Position numbers and translations under genes: made by a program
Notes under the pieces: model-generated
The model's database searches: none
The model's input: the letters and a program-made list of their open reading frames with translations, nothing else
What the model was told of the DNA's origin: nothing
In this document: positions 22,821-34,454 of the stretch, one piece after another
Position numbering within the stretch: the first letter of the stretch is position 1
Layout: every line of letters begins with the position of its first letter
Source of the DNA: Euglena gracilis
Taxonomy: Eukaryota
DNA: 64,000 bases
NCBI GenBank assembly: GCA_039621445.1
Contig: CP154954.1
Location: forward strand, 34,693,737 to 34,757,736
Direction: 5' to 3'

Positions 22821-25800
22821 GCATATATAGGGGGTACGGGGGCAAAATGTAAAAAAAAGTTTTTTTTGTGGGGTTGGGGGTGGGGTCAGAAACCCTCCCA
22901 ACACGTTCTTTTCCGTTGTTTCCTTTTCTTGCGGGGGGGGGGGTGAAAAATCAAAATAAAATTCCTCCTCTTCTGGGCATTAATGTGGGGGCAGTGGGGA
23001 GGGTTGTGAGGGGTCAACCCGTAAAATATTTTATCCTGTTTTTTTTCATACGTGCCTGCACACAAAATTGGTTGCCTCTGTGGAGCCTCTGGTAAACAAA
23101 AGTCAGGATTTCACATTTGCTCGGAGCTGGGGGGGGGGTAGCATTTTGGTCCTGTTGCCACCGAGGAGGGAGATGAGACACACATTGGCAGAGGCAAAGA
23201 AAAAAAGAAGAAAACGTTGTAGCAAGGGACAAGATCATGACGCAGAGGTTTTTTTTAAGACTGGGGGGAGGGGGCCTGGGGGGGTCAGGGGGGCCCCGGG
23301 GGACCCACCAACATTTCCCCGAAAATGGCCAAAAATCGCAAAGAAAAAAGTGCCAAAGAAAGCACCTTTTTCAAAAATTTTCGGCGCCTTTGGCGCCAAA
23401 AAGTACATTCCCCCGGGGGGGGGGGGGGCTCGGCCGCACCCACCTACCCTACGCCCCCTCCCCCGGGGTCCAAGACAAAAAAAAAAGCCCTTGTTATGAT
23501 GAGAATATGGCTGCACAGCCTGGCCACTCTGTGGGCAGGACTGCAATGACGCACCTTGCACTTGCTTGGTCAGGTCGTCCACCTTCTCAGCCTTCCCCAG
23601 AGCAGACTGACGACTGCCCCCCCCCCCACTTCAGCCTGCCCTGCCCATGGCCACCTGCCCCTCATACAGCTCCTGTTCCTCGGCCGTCAACGGCTACCCC
23701 CCGGCTCCTTTGCGGCCAGGCACAGTTGGGAACAGGGGTTATCTGAAGGACCCGGGGGGGGGGGTCCTGTGGGCCGGCTGGAAAAGGGTGCTGGCTGGAA
23801 AAAAAAGTGTTGACCGGACCCCCTCCACTGGGGGTGAGGGTCCATGGGGTGGGGTGGGGGTTCCGGCCGGCTGGGAGCCGGACCCAGCGCGTACGCAAAG
23901 AAAGAAAGCCCGAATGCAGCCAGGTTGGCATTGTTCAGTCAAAATTTGGAGACCCAAAAAAAGGACACCAAAAACGCCTTTTTTTGGCGAATTTGGAAAT
24001 TTTGGGCGCTTTGGGCTTTTGGAAATTTTGGAAATTTGGGCTACGCTGGGCGGGCTTACCTGAACTTTGTTTCAGCGGAACCGGGGGGGGGGGTCTGCAT
24101 CCAAGCTGGGAGGTGCTGGCTGGAAAAAAGGTGCTGGTTGGCTGGTCCCCCCCAGGGGGTAGGGTCCCCTCCACCTGAAGAAAACCGGTTGGGAACGCGG
24201 TGGGTGGAGGTTGGGCGGGGTCCCCCAGGCCAACCTTGGGCCATCCTACCTCCCCCCCCCCCGACGACAGGGAATGGCCCCGGCCCCGTCAGTGGGGCCA
24301 CCCCTCGCAAAGCAGCCGGGCTGCAGGGCGGCCATGCGCTGCTCGAACTCTTCGAAGCGGCCCTGGACGCCCTTCATCGCCTTCAGCAGGCAGCGCTTCT
24401 GAGGACGACCCGGGGGGGGGGGGGAGGCGGCCCAAAGGGTTCGGTCGGGGCCGTCCGTCAACCCCCAGTGGTGGGGGTTCGCCCCGCCAAGGTGCATATC
24501 CCGGCGGGGTTTTAGGGGGATAACTGCTGGGGTTGTTTCCGACTGGTGACTGACTGAGAGTGGTGGGTAATCTCAATTCAGGTGTTCTTCCTTGAGACAA
24601 AACCAATTGAGATCAAATGTACGTTTGCATACATAAATAATATAAAAAATATTATTGTAATAAAATTACAATAACAATAACAATATATGATAAAAACACA
24701 TAATTTTGAATAGCAATAATAATATTTTTAATATATAATAAAGACCGAAGGAATGAGAGAAAAAAACCAAAATTTTGGGCGAGGCAGCCGAATTTTGAGC
24801 CCATCCTTGCCCAAATGTTCGCACGTCCCCCCCCCCCCCAATTGACCGATTGGTTTCCAGTTTTGGGGTCAAATCATGGTTTCCCATGGGGCCATGTAAG
24901 GGGAACAGGTTGTACTGCCATTTGGGGCCCTCTTCCACCCCTCCAAAACTGTCGATATCTGGATTGTTTTTTGACATCCGCATGTTTTTCACACCCGTAG
25001 GCACTAATCCGGCCGGCACATCAAAATAGCTATCCCTCCACCAAGCCAAAAAAAAATCTGCTACCAGCCAGTCGTCCTTCAGCGACCGGATCCAAAGGAA
25101 AGTCAGTGAGGACAAATGAAGGGTTAAAAAATACCCCCCCAATTGCACCCCCCCCCCCAATTGTCCCTGGGCCCCACCAACGGAAGGTTGTTTGCCTTGG
25201 CCGTGCCCTGACTTTTCCCTTGGTGCCCCATGACTGTCCCCCCCCCTTGATTGTGTGTTTGGGGGGACCGGGAAGCAGGTCGACCGAACAAGAACTGTGA
25301 TCTTCCTCCTGTGATGGCAATTGGCCGTTGATGTGAGGGGAAAAAACTGGCACTGGAATTCGTAAAACTTGTTAATGTGTGTGAAACCCAGAATAATTGT
25401 GTGTAGTGCAAGGATCCATACCACATAACTTCGACTGAGATTAAGCGGCAATCCCACAGACGAAATGCACAATAGAAGTGGTCACGCAATAGACCTGCGT
25501 GAAGGTGGGGCACTTCTGCTTCACAAGGTCCTTGAAGGTTTCCATTTCGCACAGCGTGCACTTGATCTCGGGGGGCATGTCATCCACTCGATACCCTGCA
25601 ACAGAAACATCAAAAAAAAATTCCACAAGGGTTTGTTGGGTAATTTTCAACCTGCGTTGTGCCCCAGGGGCGACGGCCCCCACTGAAAAAGTGGCCTGGC
25701 CGACTTATGTCCCCACCCCCCTTACCACCCCAAAATTCAATTTGGTTCATTTAAATCCATTATGAACATTTTCCAGTGCAAAAGCCTTGGAGGGCGTGGG

Positions 25801-28800
25801 TCCGTGCAGACCAGGAGGTGGACGCCCTGCACCCATCTGAAATCAAATGAGATGTATCAAATGAGCAAAAAAATAAACAGTTGGAAAAGCTGCCAGCTCA
25901 AATTTTGGGTTAAAAAAAAACATTTTTTTGCTTCATTCACAGGTAGTTTTGAGGCATTTTTCAGCTTTGGTTCTTTGGCATCCCGTTTGACCTCCGGCTG
26001 GGCCCAGTCCCAGGGGGCCAGGTTCCCCTGCGGGAAGCTGCTGGGAATACATTCCAAATGCAATTCTCAAACCAATGCAATAAGTATTTTCGGAGTTTTG
26101 GAGAAAGGTGCACCAACTCGGATGATGAGCACAAACATTGACTTTTAAATCCTTTGCGAAATGGGTTTCAAAAACAAAGAATCACATACACCTTGCGCAT
26201 CACTGCACACCAGCGATCCTCATAGTGCCGTCAGATTCTTCTTGAATTTTGACGAAGGGGAACACGTGGATGTATTTCAAATCCTTTCCTGTGTCATGCT
26301 GATACTTGAACTTGCCCTGCATGTGTGAGGAAATGGGATGCATCAGACGCAGGTTCTGTTTGGATGGACAAATAGCTCAAATCGGAAAATAAACTCTGAA
26401 ATTATTCCCGTACCATAATTGATTGGCCTTTCACAACTCAAGGGGTTCATCTGGGATGCATGTGGTCGGGACAAATCAACTGAAAGAAACGCGGCAGCCT
26501 CATACTAAGTATGACGGGGGGGGCCTGGTACCGGGACCCGTCACCCAAACCATGGCGCACCGGTCCCTGGGTTTCAGTGGTCCTGGAAACCCACCCCATT
26601 TCACTGGTTTTCAGTTGGTTTTCCGGATACCGATTCGGAAGAATGGTGTTGAAGACAAGGATTGGGGTCAGGGTTATGGATTTAGGCCCCGACTCTATTC
26701 ATTGTCCCAAACCCTAATCCTTTTTCATGGGGTATCCGGAACTCGCATCCGCACAAATAAAACTACCAAAATATCCCAACGAAATCCCCCAGGGAGGCGG
26801 GATTGAGTGGAACTAAGGGTGTTGAGTTTGGTGAATTCGGGATGGACCAAAAAAGTCGGAAGGAAATTTTTTTGGAAAAGGGGGGTTAAAAATTGCTAAA
26901 ACGGCCATTTTGGAGGAGCTTTTTTGGGGGGTTTTCACCTTCAAAATTTGGCTACAAACCAACCGAGCTGGATTTGGAAGTTTTTTTGCCTGTTATTGGG
27001 TGAAAGCCAGGTCCAGCCAAAAGCCGGCAGGACCCCTCCCCTGGACACCTCTGGGGGGTCCAGCCAGCTCTTTTATTGCCCAGCCAGCACCTTTTTTCCA
27101 GCTGGCTGGCTGACCCCCCCCCCCCGCCCCCCCCCCCCCCGCTGGAGGCCTTTAAAAAAAAACCCTGAATCCGGCAAGAAAATGCTGGAAATTTTTTCTT
27201 TCTTATTATTATTTTCATTATTCAAACTATTTTACTCATTTTCTTCACGTTTACATTTGTGGTCGTTCGTTCTTGGATCCCAGATTGGCCACCCCCCCCC
27301 CCGGGAATAGAAACTGACTGGTTTTCAAAAAAAAGTGTCTGAGTGGTTTTTGGAAGAGAGGTAATGACCCCCCCCCCCCGAGGGTCGGTTAAAAAAAATT
27401 GTGTGGCCAGGGCAGAGACCAGAGTTTGGTGTTGTCTGGGTTTCTGTCAAACTGCGAGGAACAGAAACCTCAAATGATCTGTGGACAAAGACGGGGTAAA
27501 TACAGATGCAGATGCACACAAGGCCCAGGATCTTTCTTCAAGTGTTTCATACTGGTGGGCCCCCCGGGGCCCCACTAGTATGACAGGGGTGTGTCATTCA
27601 ACCCCCACGTCATACAAGTGGGCCGACCCCATGATTTTGGCCGTTTTCTCCACCACCTTCGATGGTCCATGGCCTGGCCGGGAGCTGCTGGCTGGAAAAA
27701 CGTTGGCTGGAGGGTCGGGTGGGGCCCGGCTCAAGTAATTCCCTTTGGCCTTATTTTTACTGACCCCCCGGGTGGGGGGGGGAGGGGTCAGAAAACAGTT
27801 GGTCACTCAGAAAAACCAATTCGCCCATCCCGGGGGCGGCTAGTCGGCAAGTGGCTTGGTGATAGCACTCCACCCCGCCCAAAATGAACCCCACAATTTT
27901 GTATTTGGGGGGACTTTCAAGGCCCTCAGGGCGGTTGGGAAAATTAGGCCTTTTTCAACCAAAAGTGCATGTGTGTGTCTCCCAATGCCATTTAGAACTC
28001 AAATTCCACCTTTTTAAGCAAAATTCAACCTGGGCACCATTTTTGGGCCTGATCATTGTCGAGGACGGTTACAAAAAGGGACTGCCCCATCTTGCGCTGC
28101 TGCCGAGGCACTTGTCAGCGCTTCCCAGAGGGGGGGGGGTTACTTGGGCAGCTTGGGGGGCCACCAATGCACCCCCCCCCAAAAAAGGCGGCCCAAAAAA
28201 CACTGGATTTACTGAAGGAAGCTATTATCACAAAATTTCGAAGAAATGTTCCTGTGCTCCCCCCCTGGGTAAACCCTCAACCAAATATAAGAACCCCCTG
28301 GTTCTATATTCGGGCAGGTTTTCAAGAATATCAGATCGTTCCACGTTCAACAATGCACCATTTTCCACTGACCTGAGAGTCCAGTGAGACGGCCGCTCCC
28401 TTGTCCTCCTCATACCCGACAGCCCGCAGCGCGTCGGAGAGAAACTTTGGGAGGTCGGGTGCATGCTCCTTTCCTTTGGGGTGCATGACAAATCCAGGGT
28501 AAAGACAGACGCAAACCACTGGAATGGCTCGCTGTGAATACACTTCGTACACAACAGCGACATGTAAATGTTTCCTCCCATGGAGTACAGCAAAATGGTG
28601 AGATGGAAGCATGGCATGGGCTGTACTTCTGTCGGACCTTCTTTCCGCCACCAACAACGAAGGTGACCCTGAGAAAGAAGAGAATTGCAAAAGGCACAAG
28701 AGGCTTTGGCTCAAAAAGAAAATCGCTCCTTAAGGCAGTCGTAAATGAACAAGATGCCGATGGTTCTTGAAGAGAAATGCCACCCTCCAGGCTTCAGGTC

Positions 28801-30900
28801 GCCCAAACACTATGTGTCCCGGGCTTGCCCCCTCCACCTTCGCCTGCCAGGAGAGGAGGGTGGGGGCCAATCTGTTTCCTGACTAGTCTAAGACACTCCC
28901 ATCCCATAAAACCTGGCCATAGAAATGAAGGTGAAATCTTTTCACCTCTCGGCACAGAAATCTCTCCACACACTTTGCACATTGCATATTTTTCATGCAT
29001 TGAACCATCTTCAAAAGCAGTTATTTGCACAAGGGATTTGGGCTGTATAAGAAAGGAAGGTAGGTTTGAAGGTATGAAATAAAGCACAGCTTGGGCTAAA
29101 ACAAAAATTGTCGACTAAGAAGGCACGAAGGCGAAGGCAGTGGTGGTCCGGACCAAAACATTACTTGCTGTCGCTTTCTACTGGCAAAAAAATCGGTGTT
29201 GGTCAATTCTTTGGCAACCTGCCACGTCCGGTCCCCCCCCCCCCGGGGCGGTAACTCTGGCCACTCTGATCATCTGTTAAGATCATTGAAAATGCCGAGA
29301 AGGCGGAGGCCGGTGACTGCAAGAGCCAGGGGTCAACTCAGCGGCAGGCACCTATGGTCACTTCCCATTTTGGTGCTCTGGTCGGCCCTGGTCGGCCCTG
29401 GTCGGCCCTGGTCGGCCCTGGTCGGCCCTGGTCGGCAAATAGTCGGCCATAGGTGGGGGTATCCGTCACAGAAAAAAAGATTGGGAAAAATGACCCAAAA
29501 TTACCAAAAGGGCGTAAAATGGCCAAAATGCCATAAAATATGCTCATATTGACCCAAATTAACCCAATATTTGCCAAATCAGTGGCAAATGGCCCCCAAG
29601 TTAGCAAAAACTGATCCGTATTGGCCAAAATGGGTGTAAAACTGGAGATTTGTGGGGAAATTATCCAAAAATGGGTTGAGTTCTTCAAAATATACAATAT
29701 ACTGGCACAAAATGCTCAAAAATGGTCAAATTGGACCAAAAAGAGACCAAAAAAATGGGCAAAATAACAAAAAAAGGTCGAAAATGGCTTTAAATGGTCA
29801 AAAATGGCCCCAGAGCAGGACAAAATGGCCCAACATTACAAGAAGTGCGCAAAAAGTGGCCAAAAATGGTCAAAATAGGTCGAAATTGGTGAATTATGGT
29901 GACAAATGGGCCAAAAGGGGACAAAAGCGACCTAAAATGGCCAAAAGCGGCCAAAAGTAGCCAAAAGTGACAACACATGAGCCAGACGAGCCAGAAAAAT
30001 CTCAAAATCTGGGATAAAATTCCTCATTCTCACTGAAAAAAATGACATCAATCAGAAAAAAAGTTGCGCGGTCGGCTGCGGTCGGCTGCGGTCGGCTGCG
30101 GTCGGCAACCCACCTATGACAGTCCTGAAACCCGTGGTAACCCGCGGTCGATGCTGCCGGGCCAGCATCGTCCTGCATCGCCCAGCACCGTCCAGCATCA
30201 TCAGAGGTACTTGGTCCAGAGGGAAAGCTGCCGAATTCCTTCATCCATTCCCCTTCGGTCGGCCAATCACATGCAAGTCGGCCCTGGTCGGCCCTGGTCG
30301 GCCCTGGTCGGCCCTGGTCGGCCCTGGTCGGCCCTGGTCGGAACCCCCACCTACGGGGGTCCTGAAAATCATAGTCGGCCCTGGTCGGCCCTGGTCGGCC
30401 CTGTCGGCCCTGGTCGGCCATAGGTGCCTGCTCAGCGGGACCAAAAAAAATTCCGAAAAAAACAACAAAAAAGGAAAAAGAAGAAAAACTCCTCCAGCTG
30501 CCTTCGGGCAGACACGCAGGAGGTTCAAGGAGACCGTGTGAAACCCTCCAAATATCGCATTGAGAACCCTTCAAGTGATGAGGCTCGTCGCCGGGGTTAA
30601 GGCAGGGGAGGGGGCCAGTCGTACACACACACACAAAAAATGCCCATTCTGTGCACCTGGTGTATTGATGCCTGCCTTGGCAGTGTGCCCCCACGCCCCC
30701 ACGTGTCAGATTTTGGTGCATGGCCCCAAGAAATCCGCCTGGGAGTGATGCCCCGTCACACACCGGAACATCTTCGGGCAGGGGATGGGGTTCTTGAACG
30801 CCTCCGCCGCCAGCTCGTCGCAGTCATCAGGGCCGAAGCCGTCCAGGTCGTACTCCTCTGTGTCCGCCGCCAGCAGGATCTGCTTCGCCAAGGCGGCCAT
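20146..30900 (-). CDS. Hypothetical protein with C-terminal coiled coil; exons 30764-30900, 28617-28668, 28373-28456, 26211-26316, 25495-25595, 24323-24398, 23655-23695, 23555-23606, 21626-21693, 20825-20971, 20563-20625, 20146-20259
   Basis: Exons splice in frame: MAALAKQILLAADTEEYDLDGF...KMFRVTFVVGGGKKVRQKYSPDLPKFLSDALRAVGYEEDKGAAVSLDSQGKFKYQHDTGKDLKYIHVFP...EKLKKAEKAIKDAEAEGKK...EQEGWYW...KKKK*. Eight GT-AG and three nonconventional introns. Confidence 0.85.
20260..20562 (-). other. Nonconventional intron
   Basis: GCC|gcc CAGCGCTGCTG...CAGCAGTGCTG cagcc|ATC; 11-bp stem with CAG/CTG at the consensus positions. Confidence 0.82.
22200..22830. repeat. Compound microsatellite (CATG)n / (TATG)n / (CATA)n
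   Basis: Direct reading; source of the spurious MYVC/IHTY ORFs. Confidence 0.97.
23243..23493. mobile_element. hAT-like MITE related to 1306-1575
   Basis: CAGAGGTTTTTTTTAAGAC...AAAAGCCCTTG; flanks TCATGACG / TTATGATG (6/8, both differences are transitions). Confidence 0.7.
23696..24322 (-). other. Nonconventional intron
   Basis: CTGC|agc CCGGCTGCTTTGCG...CGCAAAGGAGCCGG ggggt|AG; splicing restores AL-QPLTAEEQ. Confidence 0.8.
23733..24187. mobile_element. hAT-like MITE (GCTGG-repeat family B)
   Basis: Perfect 8-bp TSD GTTGGGAA (23725-23732, 24188-24195); begins CAGGGG; repeated GCTGGCTGGAAAAA motifs. Confidence 0.85.
28457..28616 (-). other. Nonconventional intron
   Basis: CCA|tgc CATGCTTCC...GGAGCATG caccc|GAC; splicing restores YSP-DLPK. 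Confidence 0.78.
29345..30430. mobile_element. hAT-like non-autonomous element, 1.09 kb, with (GGTCGGCCCT)n subterminal arrays
   Basis: TIR CAGGCACCTATGG / CCATAGGTGCCTG; perfect TSD CTCAGCGG (29337-29344, 30431-30438); decamer arrays at about 29380-29435, 30277-30340 and 30373-30420. Confidence 0.92.
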
Positions 30901-30926
30901 TCAAAACGGATGATGGCACCCGAGGG

Positions 30927-30950
30927 CTGGGCGGAGGGGGGGGGGGGCGG
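30927..30950 (-). promoter_or_regulatory. Candidate trans-splice acceptor of the 20146-30900 gene
   Basis: C-rich tract followed by CAG 26 nt upstream of the ATG. Confidence 0.4.
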
Positions 30951-31740
30951 GACAGGGTGCCATTTCAAAAAAAAACATGATTGGGAAAAAGCTTCACCGC
31001 GTCCAACTTTCGAAGACATTGAAATAGAAATCCTTCGGGGCTTCCAGGTGAATGGTGAGTCAGGAAGATGAATACCACTTGAAACTTCACATTTGGCTAA
31101 ACTGTTTCTCATTTTTCTCTCGGTCTTCAAAAAGTTCAAAGCGAACATGGGAATAAGAGACTGTATTAATTCTGCTGGGGGTTCTCCCCATCTGCGAAAA
31201 AAAATTCTCCACCAGCTTCACGCCAATATGAAAATGGTTTTCGATAAGGAAAATGACAGAGGGTTTCTTCAGCCGGAGGGGAGCCCACCTCCTGGGGGCC
31301 AGCCAGCATCTTTGTTCCAGCACCTCCCAGAAAGGCTGGGGACACCCCCCTGCGACCGCTGCAATAAAGTTGGGTTCAGCCCGGTGAAGAAGAAGAGTTT
31401 CGGCGCACAGGGCAGAATTCTTTTGAAAAAAGGGTCAAAAAATGGCCAACAATGGCATCTTTGAGTGGTCTGGTTATTTCACCTCCAAAGTTTGGCTGAA
31501 AAAAATGCCAACCCAGCTGGGTTTTGGCCTTTTTGCCTGCTCTGGGGTCACAGCTGGGTTCAGATGCCAATCGGCCGGACACTCACCAACCTCCCGGGGG
31601 GGGGTCCATTATTCTCCAGTCAGCACGTTTGTCCAGCCGGCCCGCAGGACCCTCAGGACCCGCAGGACTACTGCAGGGTTTTGGGGTCAAAAAAAAAAAC
31701 TCGGTGCTTCGCACAGGTCACTAAATAAATAGCTGGGGTG

Positions 31741-32180
31741 CATGCATCTCTTTAAGGACCTCGGGGGGGGTTGCTGGGCTAGGGCTAGAAATTTGGGCAG
31801 GCCAGCCCCCCCCCCCCCTGGGGGATGGGGGCTGGGCACCAGGTGGACTTGATCTAGGATGGGCTAGGCCGAAACTGGATACTGCCCCCAAAAAATAACC
31901 TGCAAAACACAGTTTTGAAAAAAAGAGCATCTGACAACCCCCAAAACACCCCCAAAACACCCCAAAAGCACATTTTGGTGTTATTTTTTGAAACTTTTTT
32001 CCAAATATTTTTGGCGCGTTGCACGGAAGATTTTTCGGCTGGTCCCTCCAAAAGGGGGCTGACTAGCAGGCTAAGAGCACCCCTCCCCCAGGGGGAGTGC
32101 TGCTGCGGGCTGGGTCAAAACAAGGCTGGCTGCAGCAGCCCCCCCACCCCAGGGTCTACAAAACCTTAAAGAGATGTATG
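31741..32180. mobile_element. hAT-like MITE
   Basis: 17-bp TIR CATGCATCTCTTTAAGG / CCTTAAAGAGATGTATG; flanks CTGGGGTG / CTGGGGCT (6/8). Confidence 0.78.
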
Positions 32181-34454
32181 CTGGGGCTCTGGCAAAATCC
32201 ACTGACCGATTTTTAGGCGCTCCAGTCCAGCCCCCCCCCCAGGGCCCAAAACACACCCATAAGACAATTTTGTTGGGGGAACCATAAATGCCAAATAAGT
32301 GGTAAAATGTGGAGAGAACAACAAAAATTGATATGTACACTTTGTCATGATGCCAAAGTTGAATCATTGAAAGCCCAAAGCAATGAAAAAGACCCTGGCC
32401 AAACGAACAAAAACAGGTACCACGACTTTTGGTTCCTACTGGCAGCAAAATCTGACCAAGCTTCAACAAAGAAAAATTGAGCTACAAAAGTGCCTCCCTG
32501 ATACCAAACCCCCTTATTGGACAAAAAAAGAAAATAATAAAGACCCTGCATGTGTAAACCCCCCCTGACGATGCGATGCATGGTGAAAAAAAAATACTGA
32601 ATTTTTTTTAAAAAAAAGAAACCAACTCCGAGGCACAAAAATTCCAATTTTTGGATTTTCGAAATCTCAATTTGCACTAATTTACAGATTGCACAAATTT
32701 GAGGATGACATTGAAGAAAAAAAAACTTAATGTTTTTAGGAACCCTAATATTTATTCTTATTGTGGTGTGTGTCGGTCAAGGAAAACTTCCGAAATAATA
32801 TCGAAAGAATTGATTGGTGGGTGGGTGGGTGGGTGGGTGATCTCTCAAAATAATCTTGCCAAAGCCCCTGCTGCAGCGTTGGTTTGTAATACCCCTTTTG
32901 CAGACCCATTTACGGACTCATTCACTGCTTTCCCCCGATACTCCTTTTGAACCATATCCTTTTTTGTTTGTCTTTTTGGTGAATACTGGTGTGGTGACAT
33001 AAATTGTTGCCATTGCAACCTGACAAAATGAGAGGAAAAAATAAAAGCAATAATTAACAAAAGACAAATGACCCAACAAATTCAACTAAAAAAGCCACAA
33101 GCAAATAGATGAAAAATTTCCGGATTGTTCGTTGAAATTAGGTCAACACCGGGAAAAAATTTGATTTCTGGCATCCTTGGACCATCGCCGATCCACTTAG
33201 GACAAAATTGTGTTGTTTGCAGCTTTATGTTATTCTTGAGTTTGTTCGAGCTCCAGAGCTGCACTTTGGCCATTAGCCTAAAGGTCCTTAAGAGGCAGGA
33301 CGGTCCTACTCATCCTCCATGAACTGCCCTGAAAGAAATCAAACCAACACTTAAGCTCTTAAACTCATAGCGAGGGGGGAATTCTGACCGGGAACAATTG
33401 CTGACGGGAAAATTTCTGTCAGGAAGAATATTGGATGCACCCTTAAAACGTCGGGGGGAAGTCTGGACGAAAGACTCTCTTGAGCCCATTTTTCAAAAAA
33501 AATCCATCTGAATTCACATCAAAATCTTGAGGTTTTCCCAAATCCAACGTTCAAAAATTGGTGAAATTTGGCAAAAAATTTGTGAATTGAAGCATATCCT
33601 TCATGTTGGATGTCACTGCACAACAAAAACACATTCAAAGAATCAGCACAAATTGTCAAAGAAAATCTTTGGGCGTTCACTGGAGGAAACTGGATTTCTC
33701 TGAAATTTGACAGGAAAAATCCTGGACGAAATTTCGTCCGGAATTTTTCCCACAACTATTTTTTTTCCTTTCAAGCCCCCCCCTGATCTTTGACTTAAAC
33801 CTGCAAATGAAGACATTATCCCACCCATTCAAGCGTTCTTCCTGGAAATCCACTGAATTCAGCATTTTGTCACTGAGCAGGGCGGTCCTTCGTGGGGGAA
33901 AACCAGCACATTCAATGAAAATCCATAAAAAAAAATGGCTGAAAATGGCTATATTTTGGCACAAAAAAAACAGGTCGACTTCAGGGGGGGGGGGATGATT
34001 TCTGGCATCCTTGGACAATTGTCCATCCACCTAAAGACATCGAAAAAAATGTGCTTTTTGACTTTTAATTTTTTGACCACGTTCAAATCTCAGTTTGGCC
34101 CTTGGCCATCCCTCAGAAGGGCGGTCCCCAAGGGGCAGTCCTCCCAAAAAAATTCCCATCCCTTATGGACCGCCTTGCACCTGACAGATGTCAAAATATA
34201 TTTCACAGAAATACAACTGCGGGGTTCCCAAAGCTCGCAGACAAAACCAACTATCTCTTTTGCGCATTCAACGTGGAGCCGCACCTTCCCAAAGAAATCC
34301 ATTGCTATTATGGGTAAACCCAATTTCAAATACATCACATGCACATGATGAGATTTAATAACCGCTGTGGATGAGGTGCGCAATGCAGAAAAAAATCAAA
34401 GCAATCGCTTCAGTGAAACAGAATGGAATGCAAAAGACAGATAGAGTGATGCAG

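Noticed and set aside
22021-22946. Long MYVC/IHTY ORFs
   Set aside because: Translations of a tetranucleotide microsatellite.
23598-23660. Alternative nonconventional reading of the 48-nt GT-AG intron 23607-23654
   Set aside because: In frame with CAG/CTG, but the borders are G|G...G|G, against the Y|R bias; the conventional reading is preferred.
33160-34390. Coding-looking fragments and a direct repeat GATTTCTGGCATCCTTGGAC (about 33163 and 33996)
   Set aside because: Could not be spliced into a coherent product or assigned to an element.
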